NCBI GenBank assembly: GCA_951406725.2
Contig: OX597817.1
Span: 27,156,001-27,220,000 of the forward strand
Reading direction: 5' to 3'
Length of the DNA stretch: 64,000 nt
Origin: Octopus vulgaris
Lineage: Eukaryota
Part shown: piece by piece, positions 26,377 through 39,762 of the stretch
Layout: each line of letters begins with the position of its first letter
Numbering within the stretch: the stretch's first letter is position 1
The notes under the pieces: model-generated
The model's input: the letters and a program-made list of their open reading frames with translations, nothing else
Told to the model about the DNA's origin: nothing
Database searches by the model: none
Made by a program: the position numbers and the translations under genes

Positions 26377-26884
26377 ATTGTTAGTAAATAATTAAATAAT
26401 CAGTCTATATAGAATGTTGTTCTAGTTTCATGCTTAATGTAGCTAGTAGTACAAGAAAATGTTATCCCTGGTGACTTTTCTATATGGTTGCACACTATCT
26501 ACAATAGACGAGTAAATTTTGAATCTATGAAGCTTGTATTCTCATCAAATGCTGCAGTACAGTGATATTCATACACAAAGGAAGAGGAAACTACCAAGGT
26601 CTCATCTTGATGACTGGGGCCTTGAGAATAGTTAAGATTCTTAATAAAGTTACTACTGGTTAGTATTTGCTTGGATGTAATGCAATTTTGATTCGTACTA
26701 CAATATAGAACTCCATATTTCTAATGAGACAACTAAAATATATATGTTCTTAACTTATAAACAGACAGATTTGTTTTATATTTATCAACCTAGATTTAGT
26801 TTCAAAGCAACACTTCCATGGTAGCAGTAGCTGTAGATGGGGAAATGAAAGAAAAATAAATATGCGAATATATGAATGCAACAA

Positions 26885-26900
26885 TGATAATAGTGATGAC

Positions 26901-26944
<44 letters not shown>

Positions 26945-27148
26945 CGACGACGACGACGATGGTGGTGGTGGTGGTGGTGGTGGTTGTGGTGATGATGGGT
27001 AGGGGAAGGGAAATTGACAATGATAATAGTGATGATGATGACGACGATGGTGGTGGTGGTGGTGGTGGTGGTTGTGGTGATGATGGGTTGGGGAAGGGAA
27101 ATTGACAATGATAATAGCAATGATGATGATGATGATGATGACAACAAC
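26885..27148. repeat. (GAT)n/(GGT)n compound repeat with gggaagggaaattgacaatgataatag unit
   Basis: Directly visible; the unit occurs twice. Confidence 0.92.
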
Positions 27149-27550
27149 GAGATATATTCAGCGAAGCACCAAAGTTTGTGTGCGTAGTTGCCATATAGAA
27201 ATGGTTATTGTGTATCTTCAGGTTTACTCTGGTCAAGCAGGTCTACAATGGAAGATTTCAGGTAAAATGCATCTAGAACTACATAGTCTAATATGAGACA
27301 CTGGAGTGTGACTTAAGGGAGATTTGGCTGACATTTCATGGTTGTTTGACCTCCTGGTCAAAATGACCACATGTCCTTTTGCAAATTGCTATTCATGTAG
27401 GTGTTCAGGAACATTTTTCACTCTGCCCTTTTTAATTCATTGGCATGCTTTTCAGCAAAAGCTGAATATAATAAATTATTGTTTTCTGATAGCTGAATCT
27501 ATATAATAACAGCAGAAATTATTCCAAAACTAGAAGAATTACTAGTTTAA

Positions 27551-27772
27551 CCTTTTCAATACCAACCCGACTGAATCTGCCTCTGGCTCTGTAGTACAAA
27601 TCCCTTGTTTTCATAAGTTTTGAATGAAAATCTTCCACCAAACCTTAGTCATAATTTATGTTCCTCACACTAGTTTAATGATAACTAAGTTATCTTACTA
27701 AATTCTTTGTTATATTTAAAATTAATTGAAAGAAGCACAGAGCATTTCAAAATAAATTCGGTAGCAAAAGGA
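27551..27772. mobile_element. piggyBac-type MITE (decayed)
   Basis: TTAA on both sides, decayed CC(T)TTT...AAAGG(A) ends; homologous to 60205-60425. Confidence 0.8.
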
Positions 27773-28559
27773 TTAAAGATCTAATTTTCAATTTGACAAA
27801 GAGCAATGTACAAACTAGTAACTGAGATAGTCAAAGTCATATCTCTGTAAACCTAAGGTAAGCTTATGTGATATGTAAGAGGGAAATACATATAATACAT
27901 AAAGTAATGATGTAGTAAGATCTCTGATATCATTGATAAAGAAATGAGACTTAACTAATGTAGGATAAAATGTTTTTCGGGAAAAAAATTTTATCAATGG
28001 CCAGCATATCAAAAAATACCCTTAAAGGTTAAATTTATAAATAATTTACAAGATAAGGACAAAAGAAAAATTCTAATGCCAAATATGCCGAAAAAAAAGA
28101 CAAAACTTTTCAGTAACCATTATAATTTATGCGTCTCGAAACAAACTGATAGAAATCTCTAAAAAATTTGTTATTACCGTATTGGTCCAATTTCGGGGAA
28201 ATGAGACTTAAGATATGATAGCTAGACAAAGTTATCAATAGGTACACCTTGAAAATAAAGTCCATAATCTACTCATGTATAACTAACATATCTAAGTCTT
28301 GTTGCTCTGTCATTCTGCTATAAATCTCATAATTGAACTGAGCAGTGATGCGCTAAAAGCATCAGGCAATCTGTGCATCTGAATGAATCATCTACCTACA
28401 CTGTTATGGAGATTTTAGTATAAATGAATGATGAGTGCTGTGTGTAAAAAAAATATGCCATGTACTGACATAGAAAAGTACCTTTTTCAGATAACTGAAA
28501 AAACCTGTTATTAAGGATATTTCTTTGTATTATAATAAATAGTACTATGCTCAATATAA

Positions 28560-29137
28560 ATGATGATGATGATGATGATGACGACGATGACAATGATTAC
28601 GCTGATGAAGATGACGATAATGATGAGGGTGATGATGAGGATGATGATGGTGATGGTGATGATGATGATGGTGGTGGTGGTGGTGGTGGTGATGGGGAGG
28701 GGAAGGGGAGAGTGACAATGATGATTACGCTGATGACGATGATGATGAGGGTGATGATGAGGACGATGATGTGATGGTGATGATGATGATGATGATGGTG
28801 ATGGTAGTGAGGGGAAGGGGAGAAGGACAATGATAATAGTGATGATGATGATGATGACAATAATGATTATGCTGATGACGATGACGATAATGATAAGGGT
28901 GATGATGAGGATGATGATGGTGATGATGATGATGACGATGACGACTGGTGGTGGTGATGGGAATGGGAAGGGGAGAATGACAATGACAATGATAATAGTG
29001 ATGATGATGATGATGAAGGATGATGAAGGTGATGATGAGGATGATGATGGTGATGATGATGACGACAACGATGACGATGACAACTGGTGGTGGTGATGGG
29101 AATGGGAAGGGGAGAATGACAATGACAATGATAATAG

Positions 29138-29177
<40 letters not shown>

Positions 29178-29220
29178 GGTGATGATCATGACGACAACAA
29201 CAATGACAAAAATGATGATC
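28560..29220. repeat. (GAT)n-based higher-order minisatellite
   Basis: GAT runs punctuated by recurring gggaaggggagaatgacaatg units. Confidence 0.92.
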
Positions 29221-29834
29221 GCGATATCATGACAAATATTATTGCTGTAAAAATTCAGCAAGCCGAGTACATGATACGGTTTGTAAAACGAAACCGAAGA
29301 TAACCGAAGAAGAATAATCTTTGTGGTCTGACTCAGCTTCTCTTTGAAATAAATTTTTGATCCTAAGTTTGGATTTTCATTGCTAATTTCTGATTTCTTA
29401 TCATTTGATTTGCTATGTGGTGGGCAGCATTTTTGTCTGTGAGCATAATCAGTGATAACTGATATTGATGCGGAATAAGAGAGCATTAAATCAGAATGTT
29501 ATTTTCCAAATCCATAAAACAAGAGTCAACCAAACATAAAGGAGACAGAAAAACTGGAAAAGTGATTTGAAGTAAAATATTGTAAAGCATTCAGTCAGTT
29601 AGAGAATTGTATTGTAATTAGATTCATAATTTATATGTTGTTTATCAATGTAGAAAACATGAATATATTGGTTTGAACATCATGATGGTGATCGTGAAAA
29701 TAGTAATTCTCGTAATAATAGCATTATTGATTCGTAAAAGTCGTATTAATAATAATTCTGCTGGTATTTTCCAGAATTTATGGAAAACAGTTCTATACAT
29801 TGAAAGATAAACATAAAATACCAACGATATATGG

Positions 29835-29877
<43 letters not shown>

Positions 29878-30571
29878 TATGCATATATATATATATGTAC
29901 AAATATATATATATATATATATATATTTTTATTTATATATATATATAATTACATATGTATGTATATATATATGTGTGCTTTATTTGCATGTATATCATTT
30001 CTGTTGAAACAAATAGATTCACCCACACCTACATATACATACATGCACACACATGTATATGCATGTGTGCACATGCATGCATCTGTGTGTGTATCTATGC
30101 ATGCATGTATTTCTTCATCTATGTATGCATGTATTATATGATATATAAATGAGTTATCATATAAGTGTCCTTATTTATGTTACACACAGCATATAAACAC
30201 GCTTACCCCTCCACATACACACATATACACACTCACATAGATGTATACCAGTGTGCGTAGTTTTATGTACATGTTAGCATACATGTGTATAAATCTGTTT
30301 CCATGTATATTAGTAGTAATATTCCCATTAATATTTAGGTATCCATCCTACATATCACCCTTCAAGCACCCAGCGCTAAACACTTTACAGAACAGGATGG
30401 TGGATTTGCAGAATTGTAAGAGTACTGGACAAAATAATTTGCCATATTTATTTGATTTCCTTCTATTTTTGATTTTGATTTTAGCATATATTCCACTGAA
30501 TCCAGTTTTGCATTTCATCCTTCAAAGGTTAATAAAATAAAGTGCCAATCAAGTGCAGGTGTTGATATATA

Positions 30572-30806
30572 TTTATTTCTTTACTACCCACAACGGGCTA
30601 AACACGGAGGGGACAAACAAGGACAGACAAACGGATTAAGTCGATTACATCGATCCCAGTGTGTAACTGGTACTTAATTTATCGACCCCGAAAGGATGAA
30701 AGGCAAAGTCGACCTCGGCGGAATTTGAACTCAGAACGTAGCAGCAGACGAAATACGGCTACTCATTTCACCCGGCATGCTAACGTTTCTGCCAGCTCAC
30801 CGCCTC
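30572..30806 (-). mobile_element. Family D SINE with 13-bp TSD
   Basis: aggtgttgatata at 30557-30569 and 30809-30821; inserted in an older plus-strand relative starting near 30395. Confidence 0.9.
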
Positions 30807-30842
30807 GTAGGTGTTGATATAATTTACTAAACCTTTCACATG

Positions 30843-31135
30843 GTGTTGTTGTTGGTCACCTCAAGTGCCTGAGGATAAATCTCAGAAGCGCTAGAACCAC
30901 GGAAGGGAGACGAATCGTCGCATCCATTGTAGCCCCTTGTTGGTGGATATAGCATTCCACTATCAGGGCCGGACATCTCAGCCAGAGATGTTCTGCAGAT
31001 TCCACCTCCTCATTACAAAGTCTGCATTGATCTGTGTCGCTGCGTCCTGCCATCTTTTGCCACCGCCTGAGTGCCAGATGATGACCACTACAGAAGCGTA
31101 TCATGTTTGTGAAGTCTGCGTTCGAGAGGGTTGTA
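30843..31135 (-). mobile_element. LINE 3' end (C-terminal CCHC zinc knuckle, (CAA)n tail)
   Basis: IRFCSGHH...QCRLCNEEVESAEHLWLRCP matches the RLRxGH...CxxC...E...HxxxxCP end of non-LTR ORF2; stop followed by caacaacaac. Confidence 0.8.
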
Positions 31136-31367
31136 GTCTTGTGTCAGTTTTATAAGTTAATATTTATCTGCTAAATTCAAATGAAGAAAATACTCAAAAT
31201 AAAAATTAAGTGTTTATACTTAAATTCATAATTTCTTTCAAAATAATGCATTTATGAAATACTGTAAATTTCTTACTAGTACTAGTTTTCACATAGAAAA
31301 ATATGTGCATGTATATATGTACATATATATAGGTGTATAATATCTGTGTGTGTGTTCGTGTGTGTGT

Positions 31368-31690
31368 GTTGAAGAGCTTCCCATCTGCTTTGGTGCAGAC
31401 AAAAACTTCCTTGTGCATATTTACCCTTATGGTGTCAAGCACAACTGTAATGTAGAGAGACAAGAGTGCAGGGGAAAGTATGTGCTCCTGCTTCACACCA
31501 CATTTGACTGCAAACGCTTCACTAAATCCTCTGCCAACTGAAACTTGTCCTTTCATCCTTGTGTGAAACTGCTCGATGATGTTAAGAAGCTTCTCAGGGC
31601 AGCAATGCGTCTCAAGCAATTTCTAAAGAGTTTCTCAGTCCACCATGTGAAATGTCTTGGAAAAAGTCCACAAACACCACAAAGAAGAGT
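31368..31690 (-). mobile_element. RTE-clade LINE reverse transcriptase remnant
   Basis: CPEKLLNIIEQFH..MKGQV...SEAFAVKCGVKQEHILSPALLSLY...DGKLFN matches the RTE/BovB GVKQGCVLAPTLF region. Confidence 0.85.
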
Positions 31691-31788
31691 TCCTATCTCA
31701 GCAATGAAGTAACTTGGACTAACACTTCTCACCTCAAACCTGAGAGCTGAATAGAGTCTTTAAATAGACTTTTAGCTGTCTTGAAAAA

Positions 31789-32024
31789 ATACCTATTTCT
31801 TTACTACCCACAAGGGGCTAAACATAGAGGGGACAAACAAGAACAGACAAACGGATTAAATCGATTACATCGATCCCAGTGCATAACTGGTACTTAATTT
31901 ATCGACCCCTAAATGATGAAAGGCAAAGTTGACCTCGGTGGAATTTGAACTCAGAACGTAGCGGCAGATGAAATACGGCTACGCATTTCGCCCGGTGTGC
32001 TAACGTTTCTGCCAGTTCGCCACC
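31789..32024 (-). mobile_element. Family D SINE
   Basis: Family D sequence; ctgtcttga(a/g)aaa flanking direct repeat. Confidence 0.88.
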
Positions 32025-32711
32025 TGTCTTGAGAAATACCTACAGAGCTGTCATGACATTGCCTGCAACATGATGATAAAAGTGTATAGTGCTGCAGGGC
32101 TTCCTTACCTTTTCTATGTCACAGAATGCCTAGTCCAACTTTGTCATTTGTACTTCATCTTGCCTATCAGATGACAGGATTGCATTCATGATATAGAGGC
32201 CCTGCTCTGCACTGGTGCAGTTTGTGTGAAGGCCCTCATAACCTCATTACTGTTGCACTTGGAAGTATAGAAAAGCAACTTTCTAAGTTGAACTGCATCA
32301 GTGTAGGAAGAGCTGTGGTAGTCAAAGGCTGTAATACAAGGATGTGCTGAAGAGACATATAAAGAACTCTGGCATCTCCCCAGACACCTGGGAGGAGGGA
32401 GCCCTGAGGTGTAATGAATGTTACTGAATTCTGAAGCTTGTACTTCCAGCCATTGAGGAGAGACACCAGAGAGAATATGAAAGAGCACATGAGAGGCATC
32501 ACTTCTCCATTGTGTCATGTAGCTTCACCTGCAACAGGTGTCATTGCTGTTGCAGATTTGTTTGTTTGTTTGTTGAGCGAAGCGGTCTTCGTCCTGTAGT
32601 GGGAGAAGTCCAAAACATGGTCCTTTGCTATTTGTAAGACCCGCAGAAGAGAAAGCAGGTCAACTCCCGACACTGAGAGCATTGACAGATGGATGAATGT
32701 TCATCCAGGCT

Positions 32712-32890
32712 GTGGTTAGGGTAGCGGACTCGCAGTCGGAGGATCGTGGTTTCGATTCCCAAACTGGGCGTTGTGTGTGTTTACTGAGCGAAAAACATCT
32801 AAAGCTCCATGAGGCTCCGGCAGGGAGTGGTGGTGACCCCTGTTGTATTCTTTCACTCCAACTTTCTCTCACTCTTTCTTCCTGTTTCTT
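32712..32890 (+). mobile_element. SINE family B, partial
   Basis: gtggttagggtagcggactcgcagtcg...gtttcgattccc. Confidence 0.8.
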
Positions 32891-33196
32891 ATCCCCGACT
32901 TCCTACGCAATTGCTGAGCCTGGATGAACATGAGTTAAACAGGAAAAAATATACATATATATAATTATATATATATATACACTCACACACACACACACTG
33001 ACATGCACACACATGTGAGTAACTCAAAACATTCCCTGTGGGACAAGCCCATTGTAGTTTGGGCCCTCACTGCTAGAAGCCACTTAATGCAACCCTCAGG
33101 CATCAGTCTGCCAACCGGTATTGTTGGGTACTGTCATACTGCCACATGGGGTATCTTTGTTTTGCAGTGCTTCTCCCCTGTTTGTCCATTTTTGCA

Positions 33197-34010
33197 ATGG
33201 CTGAAATGAAGGAACAGGGTGCTTCCATGAAATTCTGTTTTGCACCGAGGAAAACGGTGACCAAAACAGTTGTCATGCCTCAAACAGCTTACAAGGACAC
33301 TGCTATGAGCAAAACACAGGTTTACAAGTGGCTTTTGCACTTTAGGAATGGTTACGTGTTGCTTGAAGACCAACCGTGTTCAGGTCAACCTCCTGAACGA
33401 TTGAAAACATCATGAAAATTCATGAACTGAGCCGATCTTGGAGGGCAAATTGTTGATATGACTGGTTTGTCTTGGAGGTCCTGCCAACGAATTTTGAGTG
33501 AGGAATGGCAAATGAAAAGAGTTGCAGCAAAGTTTGTGCCTCACTTGCTCATGAAAGATCAAAATGAACTGAAAGGACAGCTGGAAGTTGATCCAGACCT
33601 CTTTCTGAAGGTCATCACTGGTTATGAAAGCTACAACTATGATCCAGAAATGAAGCAGCAATCAAGTCAATGGTAGCATTGAATGTCACCATACCCCTAA
33701 AAGTGTGTCAAGTGAAGTCCAATGTCAGGAAGATGCTGATTTGTCACATCGATGTGAAAGGAGTTGTCCACACAGTATGTGTCCCTCCAGGGCAAACTGT
33801 TAACCAGACATTTTACTTGGCAGTTCTGAAGCATTTGCGAGATGAGGTGAGCCAAAATTGCCCTAACCTGTAGAGATAGTTTGTGACTAAAAATCGTATG
33901 ACCCGCTTACCCCCACTCCAACTCCTAGTAAACTGATCTTGCTCCCTGCGCCGTTTTTTTTTTGTTTTTGTTCCCCTGAATGGAAAAGTCCTTCAAGAAT
34001 ATTATTTTAA
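33197..34010 (+). pseudogene. Degenerate mariner transposase
   Basis: Frameshifted pieces: EQGASMKFCF..KT..ET..M..TAY..TAMSKTQVYKW...F (HTH-like), KFVPHLL (WVPHEL motif), ITGYESY.YDPEMKQQSSQW, PPGQTVNQTFYLAVLKHL, DLAP. Confidence 0.9.
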
Positions 34011-34079
34011 GGACCTCAATGTAAGCAGCATAGTTAACTCTAGAGCCTCATGGAAAGAAGGAAGGAGGAATCACATGTC

Positions 34080-34789
34080 CTTCACTGCTAACAACCCCTA
34101 ATACCATGACAGTTGCAGGAAATTTTGTATGTATAAGACTTGGAACTTCAGAACAGTCTGCACATAACTATGTGTCATTTCTTCTGTTAACATTTTGATC
34201 TTGGCTGAAAGCTTTTCTTGCTTGAGAAAAACCAAATCAAATTTTCTTCTGCAGGATTTTTCAGTTTGTTTAATACCCTTTTAGATCTGATGTGATTTTC
34301 TTTTGCTTTTTCTAACAAACTGACCTTTCTTCATCATATAAGACTTATATCTGCTGTCTTCATGGACAACATTTCTGACAGTTCCTTCTGACGTGTGGAG
34401 ATCTTTTGCAGTTGATCTCATGGTCTTTTTAGGATTGTAGTCAATGGAATAGTCTGTTGAACTTGCTGGGTAAATTCAGGTGTTCTGATGATTTCAGAGT
34501 GTTTAGAGTGCTTTTTATACTTTGATACTGGTGATACATTTCCACCTTCTGTCTCTAGCTCCTTACAAACTTTGTAGACGAAAGATTTGGCAACTTTTGA
34601 AATTCGAGATATTTCTAAATCACTATGCCCAGCCTTTATAACCACAATAACAACATGCTTCTTCATTTCTTGAGTAAGCTGATGGTCTGCCCTTATTATT
34701 TTCTGAAGCAAAGATTATACAGGGTTAGCAAAAAATGCAGCAGTGACCCCAAAAATGTATGTCCTCAAATATCTTATGCACCCTGTATA
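34080..34789 (-). mobile_element. Degenerate Tc1-like transposon, 5' part with TIR
   Basis: Minus strand starts TA-TACAGGGTG; ORF 34418-34711 has an HTH-like AGHSDLEISRISKVAKSFVYKVCKEL. Confidence 0.7.
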
Positions 34790-34854
34790 TATGTGCATAC
34801 ATACATGTATGCATATGTACATGTATATAGGTGTGTGTACAAGTGCATGAGTAT

Positions 34855-35187
34855 GTCCGGGATCCGGGACCCCCTTCGGTCATGACACTGACCATGGGAT
34901 TGCACCTAGAAAGTTACCCTCCTAGTCACAAGTCTGGGCATGGTGGTTTATGGAAGACCAGCAGTCGCCCATGCATACCAGCCTCCCCTCTCCACGCCAC
35001 CAGTGTTATTCAAGGGAAAGGCAAAGGCCGATACAGCTTGGCACTCATGACGTCGCAACTGAGCGAACTGGAGCAACGTGAAATAAAGTGTCTTGCTCAA
35101 GAACACAACACACAGCCCGGTCCGGGATTCGAGCTCACAACCTCACGATCGTAAGCTCAACGCTCTAACCACTGAGCCATGCGCCTT
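34855..35187 (-). mobile_element. SINE family C
   Basis: Reverse complement of the 23690 head and body. Confidence 0.85.
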
Positions 35188-35495
35188 GAGTATGTATGGG
35201 ATGTGAAAATGTAGTTGATGTTCCATGTTAACCTCTGTATGTTGATGCCAGAAGATAAAGTGGCCAACTACGAAAGAACTCCATTATATGGGAGATGAAA
35301 GAATTGAGTAAGTTTTTCAGTGCTATGTTTGAGGAGAAGATTAAGAGGAGAGATTAAGATAGAAAGGGATTTGCATTAGGGATTCTGGTAGAGATAAGAA
35401 ATAATGTTTCCAGATTAAAGTATACGAATAAATCTTCCTAACGCAGCTAGGCAACCATTCTTAAACGTGGTCAGGTGCATGCACATGCATGTGAG

Positions 35496-35536
<41 letters not shown>

Positions 35537-36138
35537 TATGTGTGTGCATGTGTGTGCGGAAGCATGCTGATCAAATTTTGGCCATTACTCAAACGTGAGT
35601 TGTACTTAGCTTTGGGAAGTGTGAGATCTAATCAAAGTTGAAGTATTTTGCGTCATGGCATTTTTGGCAGACAGTTTAGTTGCTATAAGGGAGAAGCAGA
35701 AAATGTGAGCTCAAATATTAATAGTGATTATAAAGTCTGTAATTATGTGAAGCTATACAGCTGAGATGTTATTGCAGAGGTTATGAAATCAAATATTCGT
35801 AGTGATTATAAAGTCTATAGCTGAGTACAGTTGTCAAGAAGGAACAGCATTGAAGCCAAAAAACCAAACACTAATAGTAATTCAAAAGGATATAACCTTG
35901 TATTGTTCCAAGAGGTGGTGTTGGATTGTTTCATTGATATGAGAAATGATAATATCTTGGGGCTGTTAACTTGTAAATTGACTATCAATTCCCTTTTGTT
36001 GGATGTCCTCAGCTTTTCTGTTCTAGGTGGTAGTGCAACGTAGTAGAGAAATATTTGGGTTTACATAGAAAATATTTGTGTATAGAAGTGGGATGAGGGA
36101 GAATGTCATCTGCATAGAATGATATGTTGCTAAAAATA

Positions 36139-36548
36139 GCAGGAGTGGCTGTATGGTAAGTAGCTTGCTAACCAACCACATGGTTTCGGGTTCAGTCCCA
36201 CTGCATGGCATCTTGGGCAAGTGTCTTCTGCTATAGCCCCGGGCCGATCAATGCCTTGTGAGTGGATTTGGTAGACGGAAACTGAAAGAAGCCTGTCGTA
36301 TATATGTATATATATATATATATATATTTATGTGTGTGTATGTGTTTGTCTCCCTAGCATTGCTTGACAACTGATACTGGTGTGTTTACGTCCCCGTCAC
36401 TTAGCGGCTCAGCAAAAGAGACCGATAGAATAAGTACTGGGCTTACAAAGAATAAGTCCCGGGGTCGATTTGTTCGACTAAAGGCGGTGCTCCAGCATGG
36501 CCGCAGTCAAATGACTGAAACAAGTAAAAGAGTAAAGAGTAAAGAGTA
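36139..36548 (+). mobile_element. SINE family A
   Basis: Family A sequence. Confidence 0.92.
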
Positions 36549-36965
36549 TACCAAAATTTAGAAATAGCAGTTAAAAACTATTCTACTACCATAAGACATC
36601 CCCCAGACAGCAATACTCCCAACTCACACAGGCAAATATGAGATAAATATGAGATAGTGGATCAAAAGATTAGATAATTTGATTAATCCATATAATATAA
36701 TAAGTGTATATGTGTGTTTGTGTGTGTGTGTGCATGCATGCGTGTATGTGTGTGCATGCATGCATACATGCATACACAGACACATACATACATAGAGACA
36801 TACATAATTGCATATGTGTTTGTGTGGGTGTGGGTGTCTCTAAATGTATGTGTGTGTATGGTAGTAGAATAGTATTTAACTGCTATTTCTAAATTTCAGT
36901 ATGTGGTGAAGCAATTTTGATAAGCCCTAATTTTAATTATGTTTATAATTACAATAATTTTTGTA
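36548..36965. mobile_element. Family P fold-back fragments enclosing inverted host DNA
   Basis: 36548-36594 and 36858-36903 are mutually inverted and match 18290-18430. Confidence 0.6.
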
Positions 36966-37607
36966 TGTATATATATATATATGTCATCTTGGGCAAGTGT
37001 CTTCTGCTATAGCCCCGGGCCGACCAATGCCTTGTGAGTGGATTTGGTAGATGGAAACTGAAAGAAGCCTGTCATATATATGTATATATATATATATGTA
37101 TGTGCGTGTATATGTTTGTGTGTCTGTGTTTGTCCCCCTAGCATTGCTTGACAACCGATGCTGGTGTGTTTACGTCCCTGCCAGTTAGCGGTATGGCAAA
37201 AAAGAGACCGATAGAATAAGTTCTGGGGGTCGATTTGCTCGACTAAAGGCGGTGCTCTAGCATGGCCGCAGTCAAATGACTGAAACAAGTAAAAGAGTAA
37301 AAGAGTAAAGAGATATATATTTATATATCATTGGATGAAAACATTGTGCTGCAAGATGTACCATTTGTCATGGCTTGTAATTGAATAAATTTCCTGTCCC
37401 AAAGTCTTCTCAGTAAAAAGTGAAATGAAGAAAATCCTATTTAGGAAGGGCATCTGACTGTAGATCAATTCTTCAGTAATATATATTTCATATATATGTC
37501 CAAACTATTGTAACATAGAAAAATATTTATAAATATGAAGGGATAAAAAAAACAAAAAAACAAACATGCAATTCACATACACGTATATATGTATATACAA
37601 ACACGCA

Positions 37608-37643
<36 letters not shown>

Positions 37644-38060
37644 TGTATGTATGTATGTATGTATGTATGCATGTATGTATAAATATGCAATATATATGTG
37701 TGTGTGTGTGTGCATGCATGTGTGCATGTATGTGTTTTATATGTATATAGTATACATACTTACATTTATATATGTATATATCACATACACACACATACAT
37801 TTACAGACACACGAACATCTACACATACATATATGCAAGTATGTATGTCTCTCTGTATATATGTATGCATGTATGTATGTATGTATGTATGTATGTATGT
37901 ATGTGTGTGTGTATGTATATGTCTGTGTGTACATGTATGCATGCATACACATTCACACTCACACACACACACACACACACAAACACATATATACACTTAT
38001 TGTATTATATGGATTAATCAAATTATCTAATCTTTTGATCCACTATCTCATATTTATCTT
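36641..38060. repeat. Inverted duplication (arms about 36641-36860 and 37783-38060)
   Basis: agataaatatgagatagtggatcaaaagattagataatttgattaatccatataat recurs reverse-complemented at about 38003-38060, together with the adjoining microsatellite mosaic. Confidence 0.88.
36984..37312 (+). mobile_element. SINE family A, 5'-truncated
   Basis: Starts at catcttgggcaag. Confidence 0.88.
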
Positions 38061-38555
38061 AGCTTTGCTCCAAACCTACAAAACAGTACTTCCATCCAGT
38101 TTTGTTATTCCAATAGTTTCAACAAATATTAAACGCAATTTGCATGGATTAATCATAATTTCCATGGGTGTATAATTTTTATGTATTTAATATAATTTTC
38201 TGTAATTGTTGATGGAATGACTTCTTTCAAATAATGGTTGTTGGCATGTATTGTTTGAGTCATTTTTTTGTTTTTCCTTATCTAAAACAAATCTATGTAA
38301 CTTCATCAAATCCAGGAATCAGTGATGCTGCACTTGTTATTTCTATTATAAATTAATAAAATAAAAAAAATTATGAGCATGGATCTCGAATATTGTGGAA
38401 TTTCTATTTTGTTTATTCATGAAAGTATGACATCAATAAGCAATTAATATGGAAATAACCATAATATTTTGTGAGCATGTGTGGGTAAATATATATATAT
38501 ATGTGTTTTTGTGTTTGTGTGTACATGTGTGCATGTGTGTATATATGTATATGTG

Positions 38556-38607
<52 letters not shown>

Positions 38608-38612
<5 letters not shown>

Positions 38613-38700
38613 TTTCCCGAGTGTCCAATAACACTATACTTGTTCCACGTCCTCGCATTGTTGTGTTTTCTCTTTATGTCTTCATGTTTGGATTAATTTT
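38608..38700 (+). mobile_element. H1-like element 3' tail between TA tracts
   Basis: ttcccgagtg...ttgttccacgtcctc...tttt(TA)n resembles the tails at 12175-12250 and 42135-42217. Confidence 0.45.
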
Positions 38701-38708
38701 ATATATAT

Positions 38709-38796
<88 letters not shown>

Positions 38797-39101
38797 ATAT
38801 TATACACAGACACAGACACACTCACACAGATAGATAGATTTAAAAAATAGATAGGTAGACATAGGCATGATGCATATATATTTGTATTTATATTAATGTG
38901 CATATATATAAAAGTATTTATGTATCTATCAACCATTTTATCTTAGTATATCTCTCTCTATATATATGTGGTACAGTGAGATTCAGTAATTGAATATCCA
39001 ATTGTTTGATTATACTTAAAGTACTGACATGAACACAGATACTCGCTCGTCCACAACACCCTCCTTCCCCACCACATCCTCTTATATATTTTCTCATTTA
39101 G

Positions 39102-39330
39102 TTTTTACTTGTTTCAGTTATTTGACTGTGGCCATGCAGGAGCACTGCCTTGAAGGGTTTTTTAGTCAGACAATTTGACCCCAGGGATGTTGTTGCTTTT
39201 TAAAAGCCTAATACTTATTCTATTGGGCTCTTTTGCTGAACAGCTAAGTTATGGGAACATAAACACACCGGCACCAGTTATCAAGTGGTGACAGGGGACA
39301 AATGCAGAGACAAAGACATGCACACATAGA
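39102..39330 (-). mobile_element. SINE family A older variant, 3' half
   Basis: Reverse complement of the tail. Confidence 0.78.
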
Positions 39331-39332
39331 TA

Positions 39333-39499
39333 TAGGCGCAGGAGTGGCTGTGTGGTAAGTAGCTTGCTAACCAACCACATGGTTCCGGGTTCAGTCCCAC
39401 TGCATGACATCTTGGGCAGGTGTCTTCTGCTATAGCCCCGGGCCGACCAATACCTTGTGAGTGGATTTGGTAGACAGAAACTGAAAGAAGCCTGTCGTA

Positions 39500-39548
<49 letters not shown>

Positions 39549-39762
39549 ATGTGTTTGTGTGTCTGTGTTTGTCCCCCTAGCATTGCTTGACAACCGATGC
39601 TGGTGTATTTACGTCCCCGTCACTTAGCGGTTCGGCAAAAGAGACCGATAGAATAAGTACTGGGCTTACAAAGAATAAGTCCCGGGGTCGATTTGCTCGA
39701 CTAAAGGCGGTGCTCGAGCATGGCCACAGTCAAATGACTGAAACATGTCAAAGAGTAAGAGT
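39333..39762 (+). mobile_element. SINE family A, full length
   Basis: Family A sequence. Confidence 0.92.

Noticed and set aside
28511-29486. His-rich and Ile-rich ORFs
   Set aside because: Products of the GAT/CAT minisatellite.
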